A stretch of DNA of 63,193 bases, counting the filler, from Octopus bimaculoides (Eukaryota): assembly GCF_001194135.2 (NCBI RefSeq). It is 8 parts of 7 records of this genome, joined end to end, with 100 filler letters (N's around TTAATTAATTAA, not from the genome) between each part and the next. Parts side by side here need not be neighbours in the genome. Positions count along the whole stretch, not along the records: positions 16,584 to 30,982 come from NC_068981.1; positions 31,083 to 34,426 come from NW_026388387.1; positions 34,527 to 54,654 come from NC_068985.1; 5 more parts are not named here. One strand, 5' to 3'. The notes under the pieces are model-generated. The model did not search any database, was not told where the DNA came from, and worked only from the letters and a program-made list of their open reading frames with translations. Made by a program: the position numbers and the translations under genes. Shown here piece after piece: positions 24,631-37,556 of the stretch (the stretch's first letter is position 1; every line of letters starts with the position of its first letter).

Positions 24631-24774
24631 CTGAATGAGAGATCGGGACTTTAAATAAGAAAGAGAAAGTATTGTTGATTTTTGGTTTCGTTTGCTTCGC
24701 ATGTTACGTGTGTGTGTGGGGGGGTGCGTGTTCGTGTGGGTGTGTATTCTTATACACAAGTGTTATTGACAGTA

Positions 24775-24844
24775 ACTTCGAAGTTTCAGCTAGCTAAGCC
24801 ATCGTCGGCGCCGACGATGGCTTAGCTAGCTGAAACTTCGAAGT
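24775..24844. repeat. Perfect 70-bp palindrome without spacer
   Basis: ACTTCGAAGTTTCAGCTAGCTAAGCCATCGTCGGC followed immediately by its exact reverse complement. Confidence 0.95.
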
Positions 24845-24976
24845 CACTATCAACAACATTCTTGTACACGAATAATATATTTGTACCCCACAAAAATCTA
24901 GAGTAACCCATCAGAATAAAATAAAATTGTTTTTACTATAATTGAACATAAACACACACACATACATAAATAAATA

Positions 24977-25075
24977 CGGTAATCCCTCGACTAACGCGGT
25001 TGTTACGTTCCAAAAATCCCCGCGATAGGTGAAAATCCGCGAAGTAAAAACAGTACTGTTTTTTTTTTTTTTTAC
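24977..25075 (+). mobile_element. Tigger/pogo-like MITE end
   Basis: TA|CGGTAATCCCTCGACTAACGCGG...CCGCGATAGGTGAAAATCCGCGAAGT is typical of Tigger-type termini. Only one end was seen. Confidence 0.45.
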
Positions 25076-25519
25076 TATTTATAATTTGTGTATATTTATT
25101 TTATTATAAATGCAAAACAACACCACCAAGGAGGAATTGGCGTAAGCTTAAACCGCAATATAGCGTTATATTTTCGTTTTGGGATTTGGTTTGCAAGATT
25201 CTTTATGTGAATTCGTGCGTTGAAGTATGTTTTATTGTGTCTATGGAGTCTTTCTGTTTTAGTGCCTTATTAATTTACACATTCACCGATTCGATTTCCA
25301 CTCATTTACTTATTTATTTTTTCTAAAATTTTCGTTTCTTCTTGCAACCTCTTCAATACTATTGAAGTGATTGCAAGAAGCAAAATAAATCAGTAAATGA
25401 GTGGAAATCGAACCTGTGAGTGTGTTAATTAATAAAGCATTAAAACAGAATAACTCCCTCCAGACACAATAACACACACACACACACACACACATACATA
25501 GATCTATACATATGGGCTG

Positions 25520-25680
25520 GCCAGATTGGAGCAATATCGAGAATAACCAGCCGAAATTGCAAGGATAATCTGGATCTCGACTGAAGAGAGAAAACTCCGA
25601 ATGACCTGTCCGTGTTTTCTTTGTATCGTCTATCTGGATGTTTTGTCCCTTTCTTGTATCACCTAACTGTCTGGATATTA
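25520..25680 (+). repeat. Dispersed repeat (probable PLE terminal fragment); copies at 6600-6800 and 50805-50845
   Basis: Near-identical GATTGGAGCAATATCGAGAATAAC...CTGAAGA...CTCCGAATGACCTGTCCGTG blocks. The PLE assignment is inferred. Confidence 0.5.
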
Positions 25681-26689
25681 TGTTAAACTGTCGTATGTCC
25701 AAATTTGGCTAAATGTGTTTTCTTTTTTTCAATATATATATTTTGCTTGCAATAGCCAGTTCGGATATGTTCTTTTGGTCAAACTATCATATCGCCAGTT
25801 GCTTCAGATGCTAAGATATCAAAAATTTTGTTGAAGTGTACTTCAATAGTTTTGCTATGGAATGGTGAAAATATTTTTTCGTTTTCTGAAAAATCAATGT
25901 TTTGGACTTGCAACACTTTTGCATAATAGCAATGATATATATATCATCATCATCATCATTGTTTAACGTCCGCCTTCCATGCTAGCATGGAAAGCGGACG
26001 TTAAACGATGATATATATATATATATATATATAGTATACATATACATTTATATATATATATCTATAGGCATGGCTGTGTGGTACAAAGCTTGCTTCCCAA
26101 TTACATGGTTCCAGCTTGAGTCCCACTGTATGGCACCTTGAGTAAGTGTCTTCCACTATAGCCTTGGCCGACCATGAGTGGATTTGGTAGACGGAAAATG
26201 AAAGAAACCTGTTGTATACATGTATATATATGTTTGTGCCCCACCATCTATTGACAACTGATGTTGCTGTGCTTACATCCACGTAACTTAACAGTTCAGC
26301 AAAAAGAGATTGATAGAATAAGCACTAGGCTTACAAAAAGTAAGTCCTGGGGTCGATTTGCTCGACTAAAGGCAGTGCTCCAGCATGGCCACAGCCATAT
26401 GACTGAAACAAGTAAAAGAATAGAAGAATACACACACACACACACAATTCAAGAACAAGAGATCTCAACGAAGTACCTACAGCATAAAAGGGGTCCAGTC
26501 GATTAGATCGACCCCAGTACGCAACTGGTACTTAATTTATCGACCCCGAAAGGATGAAAGGCAAAGTCGACCTTGGCGGAGTTTGAACTCAGAACGTAAA
26601 TACAGACAAAATACCGCTAAGCATTTCGCTTGGCATGCTAACGTTTCTGGCAGTTCGCCGCCTTAAAAGGCAAAAAATTTGACAAAGAC

Positions 26690-27218
26690 CAAGACTGAAG
26701 ACATCAACCACATTCTTACCAACTGTGGAAGAATGTCTTCCGGATATTATCTTCCCATGAGACATAATGCAGTGGCCAGAATGGTCTGGAACAGGATTAA
26801 AAAAAGAAAAAAATACCTACAAACGAAGTTGACCATTTTGTGATGGATGGGTCGAAAGGATATTGATGGAACTTGAAAAAAGTTAAAACACAACTGGCCA
26901 GATATCATTGTGTGGGCCCACGAGGAAAAAATATGTTCTGTTGGGGAGATCAGCTGCCCTCTGGATATGAATGGGGTTAGAAAAATACCAGAGAAAGTGG
27001 ACATCTATGGACCATTGAAAAGAAGTTTGCAAACCCAGGACCCAAGATACACTTTCAGCTTCACAGCCATTACTACTGGAGCAACAGGATACATACCGAC
27101 CGGTCTGGAGCAAAGTCTGGCTGAACTTGGCATATTGGAGAGAGAGAATGCAAATCCTTAATTCACATGCTACAAAGGATCACGATATTTGGGTCTATAA
27201 AAAGTCTGGAAGACCTTC
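26690..27218 (+). mobile_element. RLE-clade (R4/NeSL-like) non-LTR C-terminal fragment
   Basis: HILTNC...RHNAVARMVW, then HNWPDIIVW...EISCPLDMN...EKVDIYGPL...TGATG: the end of a CCHC knuckle plus a PD-(D/E)xK restriction-like nuclease. Frameshifted. Confidence 0.75.
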
Positions 27219-27222
27219 TTAA

Positions 27223-27493
27223 CCCTTTCATTACCAACCTGGCTGAAACCGGGTCTGGCTCTGTAGTACAAATGTCTTGTTTTCATAAGTTTTGAATTAA
27301 AATCTTCCACCAAACCTTAGTCACAATTTATGTTCCTAACACTAGCTGAACGATAACTGACTGATATTTGTCCTCATCTTGTTTGTTGTTAACACAACGT
27401 TTCACCTGATATACCCTCCAGCCTTTATCAGGTGTCTTGGGGAAATGTCAAACCTGGGTTCCCATTCCTAAGGTAGTTTTTGATGTTATTGTT

Positions 27494-27524
<31 letters not shown>

Positions 27525-27525
27525 C

Positions 27526-27557
<32 letters not shown>

Positions 27558-27718
27558 TCAATGTCTGGAATCGAACTTGGAATCTTGGGGTTAGTAGCCC
27601 ATGCTCTTAACCACTATGCCATATGTAAATAACGTACATAATTCCTCATCTCTTAAATATAGAACGGTAAATCTTTGTTATATTTAAAGTAATTGAAAGA
27701 AATACAGTAACAAAAGGA
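27223..27718. mobile_element. piggyBac-like MITE (TTAA TSD) containing a nested tRNA-head/PLE-tail copy (27357-27665)
   Basis: TTAA|CCCTTTCATTAC at left and GTAACAAAAGGA|TTAA at right (imperfect TIR). The nested module matches the 17.2-17.8 kb arms. Confidence 0.55.
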
Positions 27719-27789
27719 TTAAGATTTAAAGGATGATGGTAAAAACAAGATGTTTTACTTCACAACCTTGCTCCCAAGTAGGTGGCCAG

Positions 27790-28275
27790 TCAAAATTTAT
27801 TCATCATTATCATTGTCAACATCGTTTAATGTCTCTTTTCCATGCTGGCATGGGTTGGATGGTTTGACATGGAACTGGTCAGCTGAAGAGTTTTTACTTA
27901 GCTTGATGTGTCTCCTCAAGCACAGCAAACCATCAAGATTCTCAGCCCGTTATCATCCCCTCTCTTACAATGTCTCAAGATCCATTCTCACCACATCGTC
28001 CCATGTCTCCTTGGGTCTACCCTTCCACATGTTGCCTCCACAATTAGAGATCGGCACCTCTTGATGTGACTGTCTTCATTCATACACATTACATGACCAT
28101 ACCAGTGCAGTCTTCTCTCTTGCACACTACATCTAATGCCTCGTATATCCAGTTTTTCTCTCAAATCACTTGCACTGACATTACCCATCCAGTGGAACAT
28201 GCTGGCTTCATTTCTTTCAAGTCTTCCCATGTCCTCAGTAGTCACAGCCCATGTCTCACTCCCATGTAACATAGA
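27790..28275 (-). mobile_element. RTE-clade LINE 3' end
   Basis: ORF 27988-28272 MLHGSETWAVT..DMGRLERNE...RRLHWYGHV is the RTE C-terminus. The tail ends CCAACCCATGCCAGCATGGAAAA..TTAAACGATG. Confidence 0.85.
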
Positions 28276-28389
28276 GAAAAAGAAACTCTTCCCCTACCCC
28301 TCTCCCTCCACCCTTACCAATCCCACATACCCTCCCTCCCANNNNNNNNNNGGAGTGCTCCCTCCACAGTAGGGGTCTGTGCTTCATCC

Positions 28390-28975
28390 CCCTCACTCCA
28401 TCCAGCAATGAATTTCGGACTTGTGCCGATATCCACAGCTTTGTGCGCCACGTTAAGTTATGTGCGCTTTTCTGCGACACTCCATCTGCATCTAAATGAG
28501 GAGGACTGCTTCACCAACCTGGGCCTCCGACCATCCCAGTGGACACCAGCTCCTGGCCAGTTCCAAGCAGTTGATCTTTTTGCAGGCACCTGCCAGCACG
28601 CTGTACACCATTTTGCCTTTTCCAGGCGTCCCCAACATCTGAACATCTCCCCAGCTGAACTCTCAGCCCTTTGATGTCTCCGACGCTGCATGGACATCAT
28701 CATAAAACCGGCTAACAAGGGTGGAGTCGTGGTAGTGTGGCGTGTGGACCTCTACAAGGCGAAAGCTCTCCGACAACTTCATGACACCTCCCTCTACTGC
28801 CCTCCAATCCCATGCCCGGCTACCAACAGACTGTGTCCTCCACTATCCATGACCTCATCTCCTCCACCTGTCTCCCCCCACCGCCTCTAACCTCATTGTC
28901 CACACCCCTTGCACCCCCACAGTTTACTTCCTCCCCAAAATCCACAAACCTAACAACCCTGGCTGCCCCATGGAA
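28390..28975 (+). mobile_element. Penelope-like element RT N-terminal fragment
   Basis: DIIIKPANKGGVVVVWRVDLYKAKALRQLHDTSLY (PADKG motif) followed, frameshifted, by YFLPKIHKPNNPG. Confidence 0.8.
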
Positions 28976-31360
28976 ACTGGAAGAAGCCCACCGCATATAT
29001 ATATAGAGAGTAGCTGTGTGGTAAGTAGCTTGCTTACCAACCGCATGGTTCCAGGTTCAGTCCCACTGCGTAGCACCTTGGGCAAGTATTTTCTACTATA
29101 GCCTCGGGCCGACCAAAGCCTTGTAAGTGGATTTGGTAGACGGAAACTGAAAGAAGCCTGTCGTATATATGTATGTGTGTGTATATGTTTGTGTGTCTGT
29201 GTTTGTCCTCCTATGCTGGTGTGTTTATGTCCCCGTAACTTAGCGGTTCGGCAAAAGAAACCGATAGAATAAGTACTAGGCTTCCAAAGAATAAGTCCTG
29301 GGGTCGATTTGCTTGACTAAAGGCGGTGCTCCAGCATTGCTGCTTCAGTTCTCCAGAAAAGAGACTCAGACACATTAATATCCATCCCTAAACATCAGAA
29401 AGATTAGCAGTGCCAAAAAAACGAAAAAAAATTAAAAATCTAGGTCAAATGAAAGAGGATCAGGGGAAAATGGCACGATATGAAATCAGTGAAACTCTAC
29501 TAAATAAGGAAATAAAAAAAAGAAACTCAACATAAAATATTTTCTGTAGCTTCTTCACGATCTGCTGGAGTGTATTCTTGTGTTAAAGAGAAGAAATTAT
29601 TGAAATTAGTTATTACTCATTTTACTCCATTTTAGACATCGTTTTCTGAAGCTTGAAAATTATCAATTAGACATAAATGTGGGGGAAAATTAACTTGGAA
29701 TCCAACAGAGAAAAAGATATTGATTGTTAAACACCAAAAATTATCCAGATATTTTATTAGTAATCTCAATTACAATCGGGTGAAAGCTGAGGAAAAATGT
29801 CTTGAAAAAAAAAGAGGAGCTGATTATATTTCGGACTCCCTCAACTTCAACAACAACAATGCTGACCAATTTTTACTCCTAAATATAATGTAACAATGCA
29901 AAATGATGACGCAATGCATACAATGTAATAATTTCAAACAGGTAAGGAGAAAATAACGAGAAATCAGAAAGTATTCTTTTTATTCCTGTTACTAACCCCG
30001 CCTCTACAATAATCGTATTATGTCGTCACAAGCTTGCTTTAGAAAATACTATTGCTTTTATTCGTTATGTTTTGTTAAAGGTGATGACACAATAAAAACG
30101 ACTATATTGAGAACATAACATCCGGTTAAAGCAATTGTGTTAGTAAGGAGAGCAATTTTAAAGATATTTTCAAGCAGTAACTTATAATGTAGGTGACATC
30201 TTCAAAATAGTTTGCAGGTGTAGAATGTTGAGCTTATAGACATTATATTTGAGAGGTGTAAGACATGTGAATCCGCCTGGTGGTCCCAGCTGACAAAATG
30301 GAAAAAGCGTTGCCCCGGAAGATGGCTAGGGAGGTGCGCTTGAACAGCCACCTCGACTCACTTGTTAGTAACCATCACCGATTGCAGAAAATATTGGCAC
30401 TCTCAACTCCACCCACCCACGCATGCATAAAACCGATGCATGTGACGAATTGTTTATCCCTCACTTTCGCCCTGGTCAATATACTTGGGATCAAAACTAT
30501 CCCAACAAGGACCAGTGCGTCCTTTTTGTTATCATTGTTTTTTCTTTATTAGTAGCGCAAAGTGATTTAAATCCCACATCAACAAACGTGCCCGTGACAC
30601 TTTTAATATTAGCAAGAGGTGCAGCCCACATTGACCAATCACTGAACCTTTACTCATTCATTGCCGAACATTCCTTTCCAATTCTTTACCCACCAGACTT
30701 TGGGAGGTCATAACTTTCAGAAAAATGAATATTTTTTAATGAAATTTTCTATGCATATAGTATTTACTATGTAGAATCCGAATATAGAACAAGTATTTCT
30801 CGAATTGCGAAAGTTAAAATCGCTCGTATTCAGAAGAGACAAAACATCGAGGCGGAGTAAAGAAGGTAAGTCTCTTTAAATTATATTTACTAATTATTGT
30901 TGTTATAATTGACTGGGTTTTGCTTTGATTGCTTCTGACTGATATCGTTTTCTTTTTACTTATTTAAATTGCAAATAGTTTTNNNNNNNNNNNNNNNNNN
31001 NNNNNNNNNNNNNNNNNNNNNNNNNNTTAATTAATTAANNNNNNNNNNNNNNNNNNNNNNNNNNNNNNNNNNNNNNNNNNNNTATATATATATATGTGCG
31101 TGTGTGTATGTGTGTGTGCGCGTGTGTGTGTGTATGTATGTATGTATGTATATGCGTTTAAAGTTTATTAAAGTTTCTTTTTATTTTCTACTTTTTCAAC
31201 TTCACCTTTTCCATGTTCACACTTCACTTGGCACATACACGCACTTCTATGTATGTATGTATGTATGTATGTATGTATGTATGTATGTATGTATGTATGT
31301 ATGTACGTATGTATACATGCATGTATATATGTATTTGCATGTCTGCGTGCGCGTTTCTGC

Positions 31361-31432
<72 letters not shown>

Positions 31433-31870
31433 GTAAATGTATGTATATATATATATATATACATATATACACGCACACATATTTATGTATATGCATACGT
31501 GTATACGTGAATACGTGTGAATACACACTCAGACACACACACACACATATGTAGATATATACAATCACATACAAAGAAACACAGAATGTGTATACAACGA
31601 AGCACAGAATGCGTATATATTTTCGTTTCATATATGTAAGAACGTACACACATACACACACATACACACACAGACACAAACACACACACATGCACACACA
31701 CATACACTCACACATGCACAAACGCACCATTATGTTTTTTGTCACCAGCTCTATTTTCCAGTGTTCCATTTCATCACTTGTTTATTTTTTCTTTCTTCTT
31801 TCTTCTTTTTTACTCTCCGCTCTTTCACTCACTATTCTCCGAAAAACCCGCCAGCCCGCCCCCACCACCT

Positions 31871-31906
<36 letters not shown>

Positions 31907-32974
31907 NNNNNNNNNNNNNNNNNNNNNNNNNNNNNNNNNNNNNNNNNNNNNNNNNNNNNNNNNNNNNNNNNNNNNNNNNNNNNNNNNNNNNNNNNNNNNN
32001 NNNNNNNNNNNNNNNNNNNNNNNNNNNNNNNNNNNNNNNNNNNNNNNNNNNNNNNNNNNNNNNNNNNNNNNNNNNNNNNNNNNNNNNNNNNNNNNNNNNN
32101 NNNNNNNNNNNNNNNNNNNNNNNNNNNNNNNNNNNNNNNNNNNNNNNNNNNNNNNNNNNNNNNNNNNNNNNNNNNNNNNNNNNNNNNNNNNNNNNNNNNN
32201 NNNNNNNNNNNNNNNNNNNNNNNNNNNNNNNNNNNNNNNNNNNNNNNNNNNNNNNNNNNNNNNNNNNNNNNNNNNNNNNNNNNNNNNNNNNNNNNNNNNN
32301 NNNNNNNNNNNNNNNNNNNNNNNNNNNNNNNNNNNNNNNNNNNNNNNNNNNNNNNNNNNNNNNNNNNNNNNNNNNNNNNNNNNNNNNNNNNNNNNNNNNN
32401 NNNNNNNNNNNNNNNNNNNNNNNNNNNNNNNNNNNNNNNNNNNNNNNNNNNNNNNNNNNNNNNNNNNNNNNNNNNNNNNNNNNNNNNNNNNNNNNNNNNN
32501 NNNNNNNNNNNNNNNNNNNNNNNNNNNNNNNNNNNNNNNNNNNNNNNNNNNNNNNNNNNNNNNNNNNNNNNNNNNNNNNNNNNNNNNNNNNNNNNNNNNN
32601 NNNNNNNNNNNNNNNNNNNNNNNNNNNNNNNNNNNNNNNNNNNNNNNNNNNNNNNNNNNNNNNNNNNNNNNNNNNNNNNNNNNNNNNNNNNNNNNNNNNN
32701 NNNNNNNNNNNNNNNNNNNNNNNNNNNNNNNNNNNNNNNNNNNNNNNNNNNNNNNNNNNNNNNNNNNNNNNNNNNNNNNNNNNNNNNNNNNNNNNNNNNN
32801 NNNNNNNNNNNNNNNNNNNNNNNNNNNNNNNNNNNNNNNNNNNNNNNNNNNNNNNNNNNTATATATATATGCACATATATATATATATATATATTTATAC
32901 ACATACACATATAAGTGCATTTATCTATATTTCTTCCCGTCTTTCTGTTTCTCTCTTGTTATACATATGTACGT

Positions 32975-33023
<49 letters not shown>

Positions 33024-33422
33024 TACTTACATATATCTTTATATATGCATACAGCCATATATGCTGACATGTTTTTTTTTTACTGACAAATACAGATTTA
33101 TTTAGTTATATACATGTACATACATACTTGAATTCATACACACATATAAACAGACACACAGACAAACGCACATACAAACACATACACAGACAGACAAATA
33201 GATAGATAGATACCATAACATATATATATGTATGTACGTATGTATGTATGTATCCTGTCATCTATTTTCCCTGCCCACTCCTCCTGCGGAGAGCCGTGGG
33301 GGTAGAGTCCTTAGGTATTTCCTCTACAGGTACCTCTCCGAAGCAACTGTCTTTTCAAATCCCTGCTTCTCTTTCTAGTGTGATAGGCCGAGCCTATGGA
33401 TATCATATATATATATATATGC

Positions 33423-33477
<55 letters not shown>

Positions 33478-34137
33478 CATAGGTGTGTGAATATGTCTTT
33501 GTGTCGGTGTTTGTTTCCCCCATCACTTGATAACCGGTGTTGGTGTGTTTACGACGCTATAACTTAGTGGTTCGGCAAAAGAACTGATACAATAAGTACT
33601 AGGCTTAAAGACATAAGTCTTGATGTCGATTAGTTGGATTAAGATAATTCATGGTGGTATTCCAGATTAACCGCAGTCAAATGACTGAAACAGGCGAAAG
33701 GTAAAAGATAGATAAACAAATCGAGGAGAATATTTTACATACGTAATGTCTCTAACCACCCGTAGGCATTGTAACAAAAATTGTAGTCGGACTCTTTTAC
33801 CCTTGTTTGGTGGAAGGTCTGAAATGCATGAGAAACATGCTGGTACATCACTTTGTAAGGTTAATTGCACTAATGGACCACAGTACTTATATAAACGATG
33901 AAATAGTTTATAATGAAGAACTCCCTAAAAAAAGAAAAAAAAAACTACAAGGTCCAGTAAGACGAACATCAGATAATGTATCTAGGACTACATTTTTGAA
34001 TGTGTCTTTGCTTGTTCAAAATGACATATTGAATAATATGGGCTGAGTTTAGCTGCTATGTTTAGCAGGTCGCGTGGACTCTTACAGCATATCGTAAGCG
34101 GTTTATGTTGCTGCAGTTTCCATTTTTAAAATGAAGG

Positions 34138-34168
<31 letters not shown>

Positions 34169-34264
34169 TACACACACAAACACAGACAGATATATCACAG
34201 CCGTTAACCACACATACGGGGGCACATGAAGAAACAAGTGTATACATACACACACACGTACACG

Positions 34265-34307
<43 letters not shown>

Positions 34308-34539
34308 AAACACACAGACAGAAACAAGCATACAAACACATATACATCGAAATCAAGACTCAGATGCGAACATGTATAGACGCAAAGCCACACAAGCATA
34401 CAGAGAGGCACACACACACACACATANNNNNNNNNNNNNNNNNNNNNNNNNNNNNNNNNNNNNNNNNNNNTTAATTAATTAANNNNNNNNNNNNNNNNNN
34501 NNNNNNNNNNNNNNNNNNNNNNNNNNCTTTCTTTCTTTA

Positions 34540-34573
<34 letters not shown>

Positions 34574-36374
34574 TCTTGTTTGCTTGCTTGCTTGCTTGCT
34601 CTCTTTCTTTCTTGCTTTCTTTCTTGCTTGTTTTCTTTCTTGCTTTCTTCCCCCTCCCTCTCTCTCTCACACACACACATTTTTCTAACTTTCTCTTTGT
34701 CCCCGCTAGCGGCGGATCGTAGATAAAATCAGTCGGGGTGCTGCTTCAGAAAATTTTTAGTCGTTGTTTTAATATTGTGTAAAAGGAAATAAACATATAA
34801 AAAGAAAATTTATACATAAACTTGATCGGTTCGCGTTTTAGCCACTGCCAGGTAGTGTGTTTAGTTTGTTCACTGAACACCGCTGCGAATTCCCCTTTGT
34901 TTTTCAAAAATACTCCCTAAATCACAAAATAAGGGGGGAAATCTGCCCTATTTTTTAAAGTCCTGGCAACAACACTGAAGCTGGAAGCAGGATAATCTAA
35001 TTCTACACTTATCACATTCAAGAATATAAACACGTTTTTAAGCACAACACAGGCGGAGTAAAAAAGAAACACTACCCTTCACCGGCACTGTGTGAACGAC
35101 AGTGCTGTCTCTCTCTAGCGTGAAGCGTCCTATCTCGGACATGTGAGCATGCGCACAACAGCCAAACACTGCGTCGCTGGAACAGTGAAGCGCACAGTTC
35201 TATACAAGGATTTTTTGTATTTTTTTCATAAACTAGGAGATGGCTACTGACATTAAGCTTAAGGATTTTATAATGCACAAGTATAAAGAAAGAATTAAAG
35301 AAAAGACTCATTATATTGAATGTTATCGATAACATCGAGTGGAAATAGGGGGTGCTGCAGTTCTGCAGTTCCTATACATGAGACGCCACTACTTCCCGCG
35401 CTCTCTGTATATCTTTGTCTTTCACATATTCTCCTCTTTCTCTGTCTGTCTGTCTGTCTGTCTGTCTGCCTCTCTCTCTCTCCCACTTTCCTTCTCTCTC
35501 AATTAATTTGTTTGTTATTTTCTGTCGTTTTTTTTTGGGGGGGGGGACCCTGGTGCTGTTGGCTTTAGATTTCAGTCAAGCCAATCATTGGTTCACTATA
35601 TTTACTGTGGNNNNNNNNNNNNNNNNNNNNNNNNNNNNNNNNNNNNNNNNNNNNNNNNNNNNNNNNNNNNNNNNNNNNNNNNNNNNNNNNNNNNNNNNNN
35701 NNNNNNNNNNNNNNNNNNNNNNNNNNNNNNNNNNNNNNNNNNNNNNNNNNNNNNNNNNNNNNNNNNNNNNNNNNNNNNNNNNNNNNNNNNNNNNNNNNNN
35801 NNNNNNNNNNNNNNNNNNNNNNNNNNNNNNNNNNNNNNNNNNNNNNNNNNNNNNNNNNNNNNNNNNNNNNNNNNNNNNNNNNNNNNNNNNNNNNNNNNNN
35901 NNNNNNNNNNNNNNNNNNNNNNNNNNNNNNNNNNNNNNNNNNNNNNNNNNNNNNNNNNNNNNNNNNNNNNNNNNNNNNNNNNNNNNNNNNNNNNNNNNNN
36001 NNNNNNNNNNNNNNNNNNNNNNNNNNNNNNNNNNNNNNNNNNNNNNNNNNNNNNNNNNNNNNNNNNNNNNNNNNNNNNNNNNNNNNNNNNNNNNNNNNNN
36101 NNNNNNNNNNNNNNNNNNNNNNNNNNNNNNNNNNNNNNNNNNNNNNNNNNNNNNNNNNNNNNNNNNNNNNNNNNNNNNNNNNNNNNNNNNNNNNNNNNNN
36201 NNNNNNNNNNNNNNNNNNNNNNNNNNNNNNNNNNNNNATAATAATATTAATGTATGTATGCATGTATATGCAGGCGAAAACTGTAAGAACTGCTGTGAAA
36301 ATCGATAAACCGGTGTTAGAAGCTATGCAAAGGCAATGATGATGATGATCATCATGATCATGATCATGATCATG

Positions 36375-36444
<70 letters not shown>

Positions 36445-36559
36445 TAATAAATAATAATAATAAACGAAAATACAAAATTTACCACTTTTATGAAAGGAGA
36501 TAAATTCTACCACATATGTTGAAGGAAGTTACGTAAGAGCTTCTGGGTAAGCAACATTC

Positions 36560-37135
36560 TTTGTTTTCTGGTGTGGAGCATAGACAAATATGTCTTGCAA
36601 ACTACCTACCCTGGAGCAACCAACATAAAGTTGACCATGAGAAAAGCAAGCCAGTAGATTTCAAAGAATGACCTTGAGCTTATTAATAGATATTGTGAAG
36701 CAAAGTTGCACAGGGAATTGTGTTCATTGGAACTCAAATGGCATATTTGTTGGTTTGATTGGAATCCTTGGAATGAAAACCTCTTCCCCAGAGGCACATC
36801 CAGTGATGATGGTAGCTTCTATCACATTAGGTGGTAACGTCTTCACGATCAACTTTGTCCCATTGCATAATTTAGGAGGATCTAAATTTCTTAGAAGCCT
36901 TATTGGGACTCCTACCTTCAGAAAAAGTTTATATGGAGGAGTTCCAGGAGGCTCGAGAGAATTAAGGAACTCTGTTGAGTAATGGTCAGCTTGATTTTCT
37001 TCAAAGACTAAATCAACTGATTTGTACTTCTTAATGACTGTTGGAGTCTTATTCATTAATTCATGGTTAATCTTTGCTACTGTCTCATTTTTTGGAGCAA
37101 GAATTGCCCTTTCACACAACCATTTATGTGAATTA
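36560..37135 (-). mobile_element. Helitron PIF1-like helicase C-terminal fragment
   Basis: ORF 36724-37119 ERAILAPKN...EFLNSLEPPGTPPYKLFLKVGVPIRLLRNLDPPKLCNGT...FIPRIP continues as QFPVQLCFTISINKAQG. Confidence 0.9.
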
Positions 37136-37521
37136 TAATTATTACTTAAGTATAGAAATACCGTTCTTCAATTCAGCTGGGGAATTCCCCTTGATAGCCA
37201 TGTGAGCCAAACTGATATCAATATTTCCATCAAATGGTACTTTGCCATTTCCTAATTGGAGGAGCCAGGTTGAAAACTGTTTTGCACATTGGTCCCCATG
37301 TAGTAAATCTCGCACATTAGTATTGAAAGAGAAGTTGTATCTTACATTGTAACGATATGATAAAGGGCCATTTCAAGATACANNNNNNNNNNNNNNNNNN
37401 NNNNNNNNNNNNNNNNNNNNNNNNNNNNNNNNNNNNNNNNNNNNNNNNNNNNNNNNNNNNNNNNNNNNNNNNNNNNNNNNNNNNNNNNNNNNNNNNNNNN
37501 NNNNNNNNNNNNNNNNNNNNN

Positions 37522-37556
<35 letters not shown>

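Noticed and set aside
30280-30870. ORFs 30280-30552 and 30423-30713 plus adjacent transposon-like sequence
   Set aside because: Possibly a decayed DNA transposon, but I found no motif I can assign with confidence.
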